This document shows, piece after piece, positions 10,601 to 20,228 of a DNA stretch of 64,000 nucleotides; the first letter of the stretch is position 1; every line of letters begins with the position of its first letter. The notes under the pieces were generated by a model. That model was not told the DNA's origin, made no database searches, and saw only the letters and a program-made list of their open reading frames with translations. The stretch comes from an uncultured Verrucomicrobiae bacterium. Lineage in GTDB: Bacteria; Verrucomicrobiota; Verrucomicrobiia; Chthoniobacterales; JAFAMB01. A program made the translations under genes and the position numbers. Where the stretch lies: contig CAVXLD010000003.1 of NCBI GenBank assembly GCA_963762565.1, positions 64,001-128,000 on the forward strand. The letters run 5' to 3'.

Positions 10601-11575
10601 GTTAGGGAAGGTAAGGAACTGATTTTAGCAACAAGACCGTACGCGGCCGATGAGCCAAGGAGGAGCTGGTGGTGTATTCTGTCCACGGGGAGCCTTTTAA
10701 TTGCTGCAATCGCCGGTACGCATTGGAACTTTGATGCGATAGGACAGATCGCCTGCAGCGTTCTCAGCGGTTTGTTGCTCCTGAGGCTTTTCGTGATCTA
10801 TCACGACCAGCAGCATCAGGCGATTTTGGCCAAGTCCGGGCTAGCCGACGCTTTGATGAGGATCTTTGGAATTCTCTCCCTTAGTCCGTCGAGCATTTGG
10901 ACCAGCTCCCACAATCATCATCACAATCACAACTCCAAGCTGCGTGGTTCCAATATCGGGTCTTTCCCAATAATGACTAAGGACCAGTTCTTGAAATCAT
11001 CGTGGGCTGTACGGACGCAATACCTATTTTTTCGTCACCCGTTCACGATCTTGTTCGGCTACATTTTTATTTTTCTTGGTGGAATGTGTGTTTTTCCACT
11101 ACTCCGCAAGCCGCGCGAACATTACGATTGTCTGATCGCGCTGGTGATCCATGTCGCCGTCGGGGTAACGCTTACGTTGATGTTTGGTTGGCAGGCGCTC
11201 CTGTTAACACAACTGGTCCCAGTTTTAATCGCCGGCGCGATCGGCTCCTACTTGTTTTACGCACAACACAATTTCCCAGACGTAGTGTTCAACGACGCGG
11301 CTGGCTGGACGTATCACAAAGCCGCCTTGCAGTCCTCCAGTTTTTTGCGAACCGGGCCAATTATGGGATGGTTTACCGCCAATATCGGTTATCACCATAT
11401 CCACCATTTGAACGCGCGCATTCCGTTCTACCGGTTGCCGGAAGTCCTGAGAAATGTACCCGAATTGCGGGTGGCCAAGACAACCTCGCTGCATCCGATG
11501 GAGATCTTTCGTTGTTTGCGTTTGAAGGTTTGGGATGTCGAGTCCCAGCGCATGATAGCGCTAGCAGAGATCTAG
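10601..11575 (+). CDS. Membrane fatty acid desaturase (omega-6/Delta12-like)
   Basis: His boxes HDQQH, HNHHH and HHIHH. Frame open upstream of TTG 10772 to VREGKELILATRPY at 10601; start codon unclear. Confidence 0.85.
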   Translation, partial: VREGKELILATRPYAADEPRRSWWCILSTGSLLIAAIAGTHWNFDAIGQIACSVLSGLLLLRLFVIYHDQQHQAILAKSGLADALMRIFGILSLSPSSIWTSSHNHHHNHNSKLRGSNIGSFPIMTKDQFLKSSWAVRTQYLFFRHPFTILFGYIFIFLGGMCVFPLLRKPREHYDCLIALVIHVAVGVTLTLMFGWQALLLTQLVPVLIAGAIGSYLFYAQHNFPDVVFNDAAGWTYHKAALQSSSFLRTGPIMGWFTANIGYHHIHHLNARIPFYRLPEVLRNVPELRVAKTTSLHPMEIFRCLRLKVWDVESQRMIALAEI

Positions 11576-11607
11576 CAGCAGGGGACGTATCCAGCGCTCA
11601 CAACGCG

Positions 11608-11770
11608 CTTCGTTCTCGTCCTCGTCGTCGTCCTTCCGACTTCGCCAACGTCCTGATTGTGGAGCGCGCCTCGCTTGCGAGGCCGACTTCGAGCGGTTGG
11701 CAACATAGAGCTTAGGCTTCGTCGGACAGGCTGTCCTCGAATCCGGCCACGCGGAGTGATGGAGTGTGGG
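11608..11770 (+). repeat. Repeat family A with insert, 3'-truncated
   Basis: Matches 856-1030; lacks the GGAGTACTGCGCCAAGTCCG tail. Confidence 0.9.
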
Positions 11771-11787
11771 GGTGTTTTATTTCAGTC

Positions 11788-12069
11788 TTACGATAGCCAA
11801 GACTGGGAATGCTTTGCCTCGTATTTCTCCGCGTACTCCATTGCCTGCTTTAGGGCGTCACCCTCTTGAACGGAATCGAAAATCTTGGTCACCTTTTCCG
11901 CCTTAAAATCATCAGGCAAAATGTCTAATACCGCTGCATCGCCAACCATGAGCATGATTTGATACTTGGGCATATTACCGACGTGTCGATGTGAAAAAAG
12001 CCGTTCGCCGGTCTTGCCGCCTATGTACCAAAACGGATTGTTGATAATCTCTCTTATGTGCTTCGGCAT
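11788..12069 (-). CDS. Hypothetical protein
   Basis: 93-aa ATG ORF with protein-like composition; no recognised motif. Confidence 0.4.
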   Translation of the reverse strand: MPKHIREIINNPFWYIGGKTGERLFSHRHVGNMPKYQIMLMVGDAAVLDILPDDFKAEKVTKIFDSVQEGDALKQAMEYAEKYEAKHSQSWLS

Positions 12070-12137
12070 AAGTCATACCTTAATCAGCCTCCCTATCCAC
12101 TCCGTTATTTCGGCTTCTTCCTTCCCCAGGTGAAGTT

Positions 12138-12941
12138 TTAGAACGTCATCGGATCATCGACCGCTTTGAACGGTACTTGGTCTCCTACTTTAAGCGGAGA
12201 TTTGCCTGCACCAGAAATTGCGAATGAGTGTGTGTCGGGGTCTATGTCCGAAACAGGAGAAGCGTCGGCCTCCGCGCAAATGCCCCTAAGTATAAGCTCG
12301 ACGCGTCCTAGGTTGCCTGGCTTAAGATTGAGCGTTGCGCAATAGCCGTCGGCGTCTTCCTGAACGTTTATGACTGTGGCTAGTGAATTCATCATCAATA
12401 AAGGATCGATACAGTGACGGCGCTCAAGTTTTTTTTCGTCCACGAACTTCGAGGTACACGAGATTACAAAGGACCTGGTCAAGGCGACCGCTCGGCGTTC
12501 GGCACCTGAAAGATCGTCGTAATTTCGTTGATCATTTCTCGGGTCAGGCCCGGTATACGGCGCCTCAAGATTAGGGATCTCTCCGGCAGCTTCCCGGTTA
12601 GTTTCAGATACCGGCGACGCTTCTCCTTCTCCCTCTCGGACAGCATCGGTGGCGGCTCCAGATGTCTCGGCAGTTCCGACCGTTTCAGCGGGTACGGCCT
12701 CGACAGGTAACGTATCACCCCGCAAATTACCGTGCTCGGCTTGTTGTTGCAAATGGTCCACAAGAGCACTAGCGGCGTTATCTGGACCGGGATTAGGCGC
12801 CGGTGAATTTTTCACTTGCAAAGTGCGAAAAAAGTCTAGTTGCTGCCAGACCATGGATGATTTTGATTTGCCAGAGCAACCGGAAACCAACGAACCAAAA
12901 GGGCATAGATTGCACCCCCTCATCAAGGAATGAGTGGGCAT
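12138..12941 (-). CDS. Hypothetical protein with acidic disordered linker
   Basis: 267-aa ORF; real start possibly at MVWQQLDFF; no recognised family. Confidence 0.55.
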   Translation of the reverse strand: MPTHSLMRGCNLCPFGSLVSGCSGKSKSSMVWQQLDFFRTLQVKNSPAPNPGPDNAASALVDHLQQQAEHGNLRGDTLPVEAVPAETVGTAETSGAATDAVREGEGEASPVSETNREAAGEIPNLEAPYTGPDPRNDQRNYDDLSGAERRAVALTRSFVISCTSKFVDEKKLERRHCIDPLLMMNSLATVINVQEDADGYCATLNLKPGNLGRVELILRGICAEADASPVSDIDPDTHSFAISGAGKSPLKVGDQVPFKAVDDPMTF

Positions 12942-13316
12942 ACCGGGAAAGGCGTCCAGTCAGAAAACTGGGTAGAGCGAGGCATTCACAATCGCGCAGG
13001 GGGAGACACTAAAAGCCTTATGCCGCTCGTTAGAATGGATGTTTTAAAAGGTTCAACGCCTTTAGGGTATTTCGTCATTGATTCACCAGGGATAGATCAG
13101 GCATCGATTCTAGGTTACCTCACCGAAAGAGATAAAGAGCATATCTCCTACAAGCTTAGTTTGGGTGACTATCCACGGACACCAGGCTTACCGCCTGAAT
13201 TTCATTTTTTGTTCCGTGCTAATCCGCAGCCACTATTGCCACAGGATTTCGCGAAGCGTAGCCCTGACTTTTCGACAGAAAAAGGATGCCGGGTCTGGAT
13301 CACTAAGCTTCCCTAA
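12930..13316 (+). CDS. Hypothetical protein
   Basis: 128-aa ORF (likely start MPLVRMDV); stop overlaps the convergent ORF. Confidence 0.4.
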   Translation: MSGHTGKGVQSENWVERGIHNRAGGDTKSLMPLVRMDVLKGSTPLGYFVIDSPGIDQASILGYLTERDKEHISYKLSLGDYPRTPGLPPEFHFLFRANPQPLLPQDFAKRSPDFSTEKGCRVWITKLP

Positions 13317-13657
13317 ATATCCCTAACGCCGCCCGAATCACCCATCTGCTCTAAAACACGGATCCCATCGCCGGAATGAGAAATGAAAAGTTCGTCTTTG
13401 GTTCTGGTCGCCGGATCGAAGCCTTCGATATGCACCTTCGGCGAATCCGCTAGTGGTCCTTTCCGCAATCCTCTTATCGCCGATGCGATACGCTGAAAAT
13501 TTGCCCAATCCGATACGCCGAAGTGAAGCATGCCACCGGTGGCGTGTAAGGCTGTACCTCCTGTACCGCCACCCTCCAGTATACTAATCACTTCTTCTGC
13601 GTCTCCTGCCGATCGCAGATCATTATAGAAAGCGTTTTTTTCTTCGATGATGGTCAT
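13313..13657 (-). CDS. Hypothetical protein
   Basis: 114-aa ATG ORF with protein-like composition. Confidence 0.5.
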   Translation of the reverse strand: MTIIEEKNAFYNDLRSAGDAEEVISILEGGGTGGTALHATGGMLHFGVSDWANFQRIASAIRGLRKGPLADSPKVHIEGFDPATRTKDELFISHSGDGIRVLEQMGDSGGVRDI

Positions 13658-13982
13658 AGTTCAAGTCACTCCAGCAGCCTGATTATTGCGGTGGCACTTA
13701 TGTAGTCTATAACGTTTCGATGTTCTTTAATCCCTCTGTATGGCGGTCCCATTCTGCCGCTGAGCATGTATCGTATAAAGCGTAAACCTCGGTCATATTG
13801 TGTACTTCGTGTTCTGCCAAGAGTTCCAATAGCACACTCTTGTTCTTCTTCGGTCATAGCGCAGAGGATATCAGAGAAAAAGAGCCGAGAAAATCCCGAT
13901 CGGGCCGCGAGGTTCTGGGCGATCATGCCGCCGAAAAAAGGCACGCGAAAAATTGTGGCGTTTGCTTAGTCTTCAACCGTAT

Positions 13983-14348
13983 CTACAGCAAATTCGACGC
14001 GCTTTTGTCTACGCATTCGGGAGTGCACGCGGGCAGTGACAAGAGGTTATCGCTCAAAATGCCGTCTGCTTGGGTTTCGACGTATGCAGGTCTTCCGGTC
14101 GGCCTAACCACGTAGAGGTACACCTTCTGAGTCTTGAAGATCTTGAAAGTGTAGAATTCCTCGTTTCCGCCTTCGATTCTCCGTACAGCCGATCCCCGGC
14201 TAATTTTCCAGAGCGAATCATTGTTTCCTATGTGGGTGATATGCTCGAGAGTATTATGCTGACCAGTCCGTGATATCAGCACACTATTTACTTCATGTTC
14301 TTTAATCTCAAAAGATCCAGATTCTTGCACGTGTACGAATTGGGTCAT
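13983..14348 (-). CDS. DUF3892-like small protein
   Basis: HITHIG...AVRRIEGGNEEFY...YVETQADGILSDNLLSLPAC resembles the DUF3892 consensus. Confidence 0.7.
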   Translation of the reverse strand: MTQFVHVQESGSFEIKEHEVNSVLISRTGQHNTLEHITHIGNNDSLWKISRGSAVRRIEGGNEEFYTFKIFKTQKVYLYVVRPTGRPAYVETQADGILSDNLLSLPACTPECVDKSASNLL

Positions 14349-14580
14349 CGAAGAACTAAATTCGATTTAGCCTTCGCTTGGCAATACGTAGAATGACGTA
14401 TTGAGGCGCGGGGGACGCGCGAAAGCTTCAGTTTTAACGCTTTAATATCACCTCTTAAAGCGTCAACCCCATTCATATCCCAAAAATCTCTGAGGCTATC
14501 CACGGCCTTTTTTGCTAGGTTCCACTTTGATTAGTTCGAGGCCTGCTAGTCCAGCTAAGGCTTGCGACGGAATAAAGTTT

Positions 14581-15906
14581 ATGTCAGAGAGCGCGGTTTT
14601 CCTTGATACCAACGTTTTTATCCAGTGCAAGCTGCTCGAGGAGTTGCCATGGAACGAGATTAGTCCTCACAGCAGCATCAGGCTTATCGTGGCTAACGCT
14701 GTCTTCGACGAATTAGATAGGCTCAAGAGTGACGGCAACAGCCGAAGATCGAAACGAGCCAGGACGGCTTGCGCTCGCTTTCGCAAGATTTTGCGTCCCC
14801 TCGAAAGAATAGTGATCAAGCAAACCAATCCGAACGTAACACTGGAGTTGGCACCGGAAAATTGGGAAGACACGCAGGACTTTTCCGACATTGATCTGTC
14901 CCGTAGCGACCACCGGCTGGTAGCCGAGGCCTTAGCTTTTAGCAATGCAAATCGTGATACCGACGTAATGCTTCTAAGCCACGACCTTGGGCCGATAAGA
15001 ACCGCAACGAGGAAGGGTTTGGCTTGCCTGGAAACGCCCGAGTTGTGGTTGCTACCTTCGGAGAACGACGAAAGGGACAAAAAAATAGACTCCCTGACTC
15101 AAGAAAACCAGCGATTGCGAACACAGTTCGCCAGCATTGATTTATGGGCCGGAGATGATCCGAAGGTTGATCAGGAAAGCATTTGTCTCGACGTCCCGTG
15201 CTTCACTGTTTTGACCGGACCTCAGATTGAGGAATTGATTGGTGAGAGTACGAAGCGCTTTCCGAACGAAACGACCAAACTGGATCCTGGAACGCAGCAC
15301 GCTTACAAGCAAAGAATTGTAGGTTCTGGAGAATTTGCTGAGCACAACCGTAGATATTCAGAATGGCTGGATAGGCTCAGAAACTTCCTCAGTAACGTTC
15401 ATTTCGACTTCAACTTAAACCATCAAAAGAAGGTCGTCGGATTCACGCTGCACTCTAATGGAGTCCGACCAGCCGAGAATCTAAGAATCGAGCTTGAAGC
15501 TTTCGGTGACCTGCTCATCCAACAAGCCAGCTCTCCAGAGTCCGTCATCGAGGCTCCAAACCCTCCGAAGCTAGGAGCCAATCGACCACCGACCAATCAG
15601 TTTATCCGAAAGACGGCGCCTGCGGATGGACCGTTCATTTGCGAATCCACTGACCCAACCCCGACAAAACTCCTTCGATATTCTCGGATGCACTTCTTTC
15701 ATAATAGAGATCCGGAGAGACTCTTATTTGCTGTGCGGCCTTCTAGCGACCCGAGCTCTGGGGGTATGGTTCGATGCACAATTATCGGAGAAAATTTGCC
15801 GGAACGTCTGACAAAAGAAATAAAGGTATCGTTCAGCTATCACGATTCGGATTCTCGCGCCCCGGCTTTAGAATGCTTGAACCGCATGAAATGCTTGGAA
15901 TGGTGA
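14581..15906 (+). CDS. PIN-domain nuclease with coiled coil and uncharacterised C-terminal domain
   Basis: VFLDTNVF, AVFDELDRLK, SDHRLVAEA and LLSHDLG acidic PIN motifs; start taken at ATG 14581. Confidence 0.8.
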   Translation: MSESAVFLDTNVFIQCKLLEELPWNEISPHSSIRLIVANAVFDELDRLKSDGNSRRSKRARTACARFRKILRPLERIVIKQTNPNVTLELAPENWEDTQDFSDIDLSRSDHRLVAEALAFSNANRDTDVMLLSHDLGPIRTATRKGLACLETPELWLLPSENDERDKKIDSLTQENQRLRTQFASIDLWAGDDPKVDQESICLDVPCFTVLTGPQIEELIGESTKRFPNETTKLDPGTQHAYKQRIVGSGEFAEHNRRYSEWLDRLRNFLSNVHFDFNLNHQKKVVGFTLHSNGVRPAENLRIELEAFGDLLIQQASSPESVIEAPNPPKLGANRPPTNQFIRKTAPADGPFICESTDPTPTKLLRYSRMHFFHNRDPERLLFAVRPSSDPSSGGMVRCTIIGENLPERLTKEIKVSFSYHDSDSRAPALECLNRMKCLEW

Positions 15907-16032
15907 AACCCTTATTTTTGGCTTTCCCCGCTATCCGCATTTACTCCTTAATCAGCCTGCCATATGGCATTTACCAACGCAAGCACCGGCTGCAACCTCG
16001 CTCTTGAACGCTTCTAGAGCTACAGTTCGGGC

Positions 16033-16239
16033 CTATTTGCCCGATCTCACTCGCCTGGTGTGTCTCCCAATGAATTTTCGGCACATATCTTGAAAGTTCT
16101 TTTCTGCGTAAGCCTCGTTTACGACGATCTTCGATGCCTCTTCAACAACGTCCGATTTGCTTAGTGCGATCAAAACAGCTAAGTCGTCTCTCAGGTCATT
16201 GAGCGTATCCTCAATTTTATCAAGCTGGCTCTGGCTCAT
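16033..16239 (-). CDS. Small hypothetical coiled-coil protein
   Basis: 68-aa ATG ORF. Confidence 0.4.
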   Translation of the reverse strand: MSQSQLDKIEDTLNDLRDDLAVLIALSKSDVVEEASKIVVNEAYAEKNFQDMCRKFIGRHTRRVRSGK

Positions 16240-16868
16240 AAAACCAAATCATCTCACCTCGATCCGATCGAGGCAACGTAACCGTTTACTTTCTGCCTAT
16301 CGTGCGCCCCGTCATCCAAGCCCGAACTCCGTCAACGTTCGCGCATAATTCGGCGGCTAGCTCAGTCTTCGACATTCCGTAGCACATGCGCACGGCTTCG
16401 ACTTTGCGCATTAAAGCGGCGAACTGCTTTCGCTCTTCGTCACGACGACCCGGTCGCCGTATCCAGCCAGGCCGTCAAAAAGAAAAAGCGGTCTGCCATC
16501 GCCGTCTGTTACTGCGTAGATGTCCATAATCTAATTCTTGGAATATTCTTCCTCTTGTGCCCCTTTTGCTTCTGTCTACAGTGAGCCCGCTTCCCGGCGC
16601 GATGTGGTTTAAGTCGTCCCATAATTATTTGTTCCTGTCTTCGTATCTATCCCACGCTTCAAGAAAAGGCTCATACACAGCCGCGGACGAATTTTGCAAA
16701 TTCACCAAAGACATGGGCGCGAATCGAACGAACTACCATCGAGCAATATCAGCAAATATGCAATAACAGCAATCAGCCTCGAGAGCGGGCTTTGCAATAA
16801 GCGCAATATATTGCAACATCATCTCTCAGTGTTGCTTGAAGTCTGAGTTTAGGTTACTGTCCACACCA

Positions 16869-17102
16869 ATGAAAACTCACCGAATGCCAGTCACTACCGA
16901 ACCGAACCAAACCCGCGAATTCCGAGTAGCGCCCGCGTTATCGCCCTACGACCGATATTTGACCGTCGAAGCGCAAAGGCCGAGTGGCGAATGGGCAAAC
17001 GTGTTGTCGAATCTTGTTTGCAGGGACAGCGCCGAAGCCGAAGAAACAATTCGTATGATTCGCGAAGGCGAAGATCGGAACGACGCGAAAATGCGCTCAT
17101 AG
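16869..17102 (+). CDS. Small hypothetical protein
   Basis: ATG ORF inside 16836..17102; no motif recognised. Confidence 0.35.
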   Translation: MKTHRMPVTTEPNQTREFRVAPALSPYDRYLTVEAQRPSGEWANVLSNLVCRDSAEAEETIRMIREGEDRNDAKMRS

Positions 17103-17150
17103 TTAATTCTGTCGTGGGGGATTGTTTTGGCAAGGGCATTGCGGTCGCCG

Positions 17151-17615
17151 TTACTTCAGAATTCCCTTGAGGGTTTGCCCATCGGAATACTTGATGTCAG
17201 TTATTCTCCAACCTTGCGCGGTGTTCGATAGTAAGAACACGATTCTTTCGTTGGTATCGATGTTTTTGAAGGAGGCCGCAACTTCGGCCGAATCCTTCTT
17301 CTCGGAGACGAGTGCGACCGAGAAGTTTTTGATGTCAAAATCCTGTGCATGGTAAAGGGGATCAAAATCCAGTTTCCCGACTTCACCGTGAGATTCCGAT
17401 TGGTCTTTTAAAAACAGAGACAATAGACTTTTCTCAAAATAGATGCCCAACAGTTTCTTGCTGGCCGGGTATAGCAAGGGGTCGGCCTTCTCATTTTTAT
17501 GTGCGGCATAAAGCTCGGCCACCACTTTTTCCGGGGATATCGCTGCGGAACTGGTCTCCGTCCATAGTCCACAGAGAGTGGAGAGAAATAGGGTAACGAC
17601 AATGGACTGTCTCAT
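17151..17615 (-). CDS. Secreted DUF3828/YbjP-like protein
   Basis: Signal peptide, LDFDPLYHAQD and GWRITDIKY. Confidence 0.75.
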   Translation of the reverse strand: MRQSIVVTLFLSTLCGLWTETSSAAISPEKVVAELYAAHKNEKADPLLYPASKKLLGIYFEKSLLSLFLKDQSESHGEVGKLDFDPLYHAQDFDIKNFSVALVSEKKDSAEVAASFKNIDTNERIVFLLSNTAQGWRITDIKYSDGQTLKGILK

Positions 17616-17702
17616 GTTTCCTTTATGCCTACCAAAATAGGTTGCGAGTTGCGATCTATTTGTAGCTCGATCGGCAACCGAGAATAGATGCGAAAACGGA
17701 CA

Positions 17703-17847
17703 ATCTAACGCAGCCCCGAAATTCTCCGGGGTGAAATCGACGCAGATTTACGCAGATATTCTATCTGGGCTTCGGCCAAGCCCCGACTCCAATCTGCGTA
17801 CATCTATGTTAATTTCACCCCGGAGAATTTCGGGGCGGCGGTTAGGT
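17703..17847. repeat. Long palindromic repeat (ACGCAGAT family) with mini-hairpins in both arms
   Basis: CTAACGCAG-CCCCGAAATTCTCCGGGGTGAAAT ... ATTTCACCCCGGAGAATTTCGGGG-CGGCGGTTAG; related to 45527-45612. Confidence 0.8.
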
Positions 17848-17867
17848 TTTCTTTGGAGTTTATTCGC

Positions 17868-17995
17868 GGCCAATTGGCTGTTTTTCCGCGTTGCTCGCTC
17901 GACCCTTATGAACCAGATATGGGCGCTTCGCTCGCGCCTTGGAAAACAGCCAACTGGCCGACGGCGAAAGCCACGTTATTTATGGGACAGGACAC
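17868..17995 (+). mobile_element. Half copy of IS630-type MITE
   Basis: Matches 23940-24067; ends ATGGGACAGGACAC|TAG. Confidence 0.8.
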
Positions 17996-18043
17996 TAGCT
18001 TGATTATGACTGATCGTTCATTTATGACTGCTGAAGCGGAGGA

Positions 18044-18757
18044 GTGGGAGGCGCAGACATGCCAACAGACTTACCCGTTGCCGGTTCAGTAGCATTGGCG
18101 CCAGGCGTGGTGTCGGGAGAGGCCGGTCCTCCCGTTAGCGCCCTCATCGGCGTCGGGTTGCGTGCCTCCAAAGGGGGCGCCGTAGCGGTCGGCCTTATGG
18201 TCGACAAAGGCGCACCTCGCGTCCTGGTCTCCACGTTCCTCAAAACCAGCGCCGATGGCGACAGACTTTCATTGGAGCCCTACCGTGTCGCGTTCCAGAT
18301 GGCGGCTGCTTCGCAGGGAGCTTCGGCGGAGGCGGTTGCTGTTGTAGCGGAGGGGCGCAGACGGCAGGACGAGCTGGCGGCAAAGGTCCTCCAACACATC
18401 ATCGGTGAGCTGGAGAAAGCGGGGCGTCGGCCGATCGTTGCAGCATTGCTCGTCAATCGTAGCGGCTGGATCATCGACCTCCTCAAGTACAGTCTCGCCT
18501 TCGCGGAACATGTGCCGGTCGCAGAGGGCTTGGCTGTCCGCGAGGCGCTTCGTTTCGCCTTCCGCCGATGCGGGATCGACGCTGCCGAGCTGGACGAGAA
18601 GTCGCTCCCCGGAGTCGCGGCGGAGACGCTCGGCCTGTCGACGACGGAGATCGACTCGCACCTGAAGAGGCTGGGCGCGACCGCCGGAAAGCCGTGGCGG
18701 AAGGAGCAGAAGCTCGCCTGCCTGGCCGCGTGGGTCACGATTGTGGGGCGTCGTTGA
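18044..18757 (+). CDS. Conserved-looking hypothetical protein
   Basis: 237-aa GC-rich ORF with GVGLRASKGGAVAV and KPWRKEQKLACLAAW; start uncertain. Confidence 0.65.
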   Translation: MGGADMPTDLPVAGSVALAPGVVSGEAGPPVSALIGVGLRASKGGAVAVGLMVDKGAPRVLVSTFLKTSADGDRLSLEPYRVAFQMAAASQGASAEAVAVVAEGRRRQDELAAKVLQHIIGELEKAGRRPIVAALLVNRSGWIIDLLKYSLAFAEHVPVAEGLAVREALRFAFRRCGIDAAELDEKSLPGVAAETLGLSTTEIDSHLKRLGATAGKPWRKEQKLACLAAWVTIVGRR

Positions 18758-18927
18758 TACAGAAGCGCGATCCGTTGAATGCGAGAGCTGCGACCGGGAG
18801 CAAGGCTAACAAGAGGAGCTTGAAAAGCTTCTTGAGTCCTTCCGAAGGGTGCTCGAGAGCGAAATTGTCAAAACCTAAGTGAATTCTGTATCGCTGTGAT
18901 AAATTTGTATTTGGTTGAAAGGGCCGC

Positions 18928-18962
18928 TTGACTTGTCGTTTACTGTTACTATTATCTTAACA
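18928..18962 (+). promoter_or_regulatory. Putative sigma70 promoter with overlapping inverted repeat (Rrf2 autoregulatory site)
   Basis: TTGACT at 18928, TATTAT at 18950; TGTTA-N9-TAACA at 18944-18962, directly before the Rrf2 ATG. Confidence 0.55.
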
Positions 18963-18964
18963 AT

Positions 18965-19384
18965 ATGGCGACCAACACCCAGTTCTCTATTGCAGCCCAC
19001 ATCATGGCTTGCTTGGGGCGGGCAGAGGGTGAGGAAGTCAACTCGGCCGCCATTGCCGGAAGTGTGAACACTAGCGCCAGCTTCGTCCGGCGGATCCTGG
19101 CGAAGTTGTCCAAGGCGGGCTTGGTCACGACCGCCACGGGGAAAGGGGGGGCCTGTTGGCTCGCCCGGCGGGCCGGTGATATCTCTCTGCTCGAAATTTA
19201 TCGGGCCGTTGACGCACCAAAAGCTTTCGCCATCCATCAATACCCGGCCGAAAAAAGTTGCACTGTAAGTCGCAATATCAAATCGGCTATGGGCCGGGTT
19301 CTAAATGAGACCCAGCAAGCTCTGGAACAACGTTTGAGCCGGATCAGCCTGGCGCAGGTAATCGCGGATTTACGCAAAAAATAA
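18965..19384 (+). CDS. Rrf2 family transcriptional regulator
   Basis: NTQFSIAAHIM, IAGSVNTSASFVRRILAKL, GKGGACWLAR and ISLLEIYRAV. Confidence 0.92.
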   Translation: MATNTQFSIAAHIMACLGRAEGEEVNSAAIAGSVNTSASFVRRILAKLSKAGLVTTATGKGGACWLARRAGDISLLEIYRAVDAPKAFAIHQYPAEKSCTVSRNIKSAMGRVLNETQQALEQRLSRISLAQVIADLRKK

Positions 19385-19481
19385 TCGGACCGGGTCCAGG
19401 TCAGGCGCAACGGCCTTGGTCATTATTGTTACGGAAAAAGAAACAATTGACTCTAATCTAAACCCACAAAGAAAGAACCTC

Positions 19482-20228
19482 ATGAGTAAATTAAACGGAA
19501 AAATAGCTCTTATCACCGGCGGAACCACTGGCCTCGGCTTTGCCACTGCTGAGCGCTTTCTGAGCGAAGGAGCAGACGTCGTTATCACCGGCCGTCGAAA
19601 GGCTGAGCTCGATTCCGCCGTCAAACGCCTAGGCAAGAATGTCCTCGGTGTTCAAGGTGATGTCTCTAATCTTGCGGACCTAGATCGGCTCTACGCCACC
19701 ATCCAAAAAGAGAAAGGCCACCTCGATATCGTTTTCGCGAACGCCGGGGGAGGCAGTTTCGCTCCACTGGGCGCCATCACGGAGGAACATTTCGATCAGA
19801 TCTTCAACATCAACGTCAAAGGCCTGCTCTTTACCGTTCAGAAAGCGCTTCCGCTGTTGAAGGATGGGGGATCTATCATCCTGAACGCCTCGATCGCCGC
19901 CTCAATTGGCATGGAAGCCTTCAGCGTTTACAGCGCCACGAAAGCGGCCGTTCGTTCCTTTGCCCGCACCTGGACCACCGACTTAAAGCAGCGTAAAATT
20001 AGGGTTAACGCTATCAGCCCCGGCACGGTGCCGACTGAGGGATATAGAAGCCTGGGCAACGAAGAGCAAATCACGGAATTCGCTGCTCAGCAGGCGACCC
20101 TAATCCCGCTGGGACGTGTGGGTCAACCCGATGAAATCGCTAAAGCGGTTGTTTTCTTGGCTTCAGACGACAGCAGCTTTGTTGCCGGCGCCGAGCTGGT
20201 GGTAGATGGCGGAATGATCGCGGTCTAG
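19482..20228 (+). CDS. Short-chain dehydrogenase/reductase
   Basis: TGGTTGLG, FANAG, YSATK and VDGG; ATG 19482. Confidence 0.93.
   Translation: MSKLNGKIALITGGTTGLGFATAERFLSEGADVVITGRRKAELDSAVKRLGKNVLGVQGDVSNLADLDRLYATIQKEKGHLDIVFANAGGGSFAPLGAITEEHFDQIFNINVKGLLFTVQKALPLLKDGGSIILNASIAASIGMEAFSVYSATKAAVRSFARTWTTDLKQRKIRVNAISPGTVPTEGYRSLGNEEQITEFAAQQATLIPLGRVGQPDEIAKAVVFLASDDSSFVAGAELVVDGGMIAV

Noticed and set aside
17703..17847. attC-like site (ATCTAAC ... GTTAGGT)
   Set aside because: The ends fit RYYYAAC/GTTRRRY, but the body belongs to the ACGCAGAT palindrome family. There is no integrase or cassette array, and the preceding gene is on the opposite strand.
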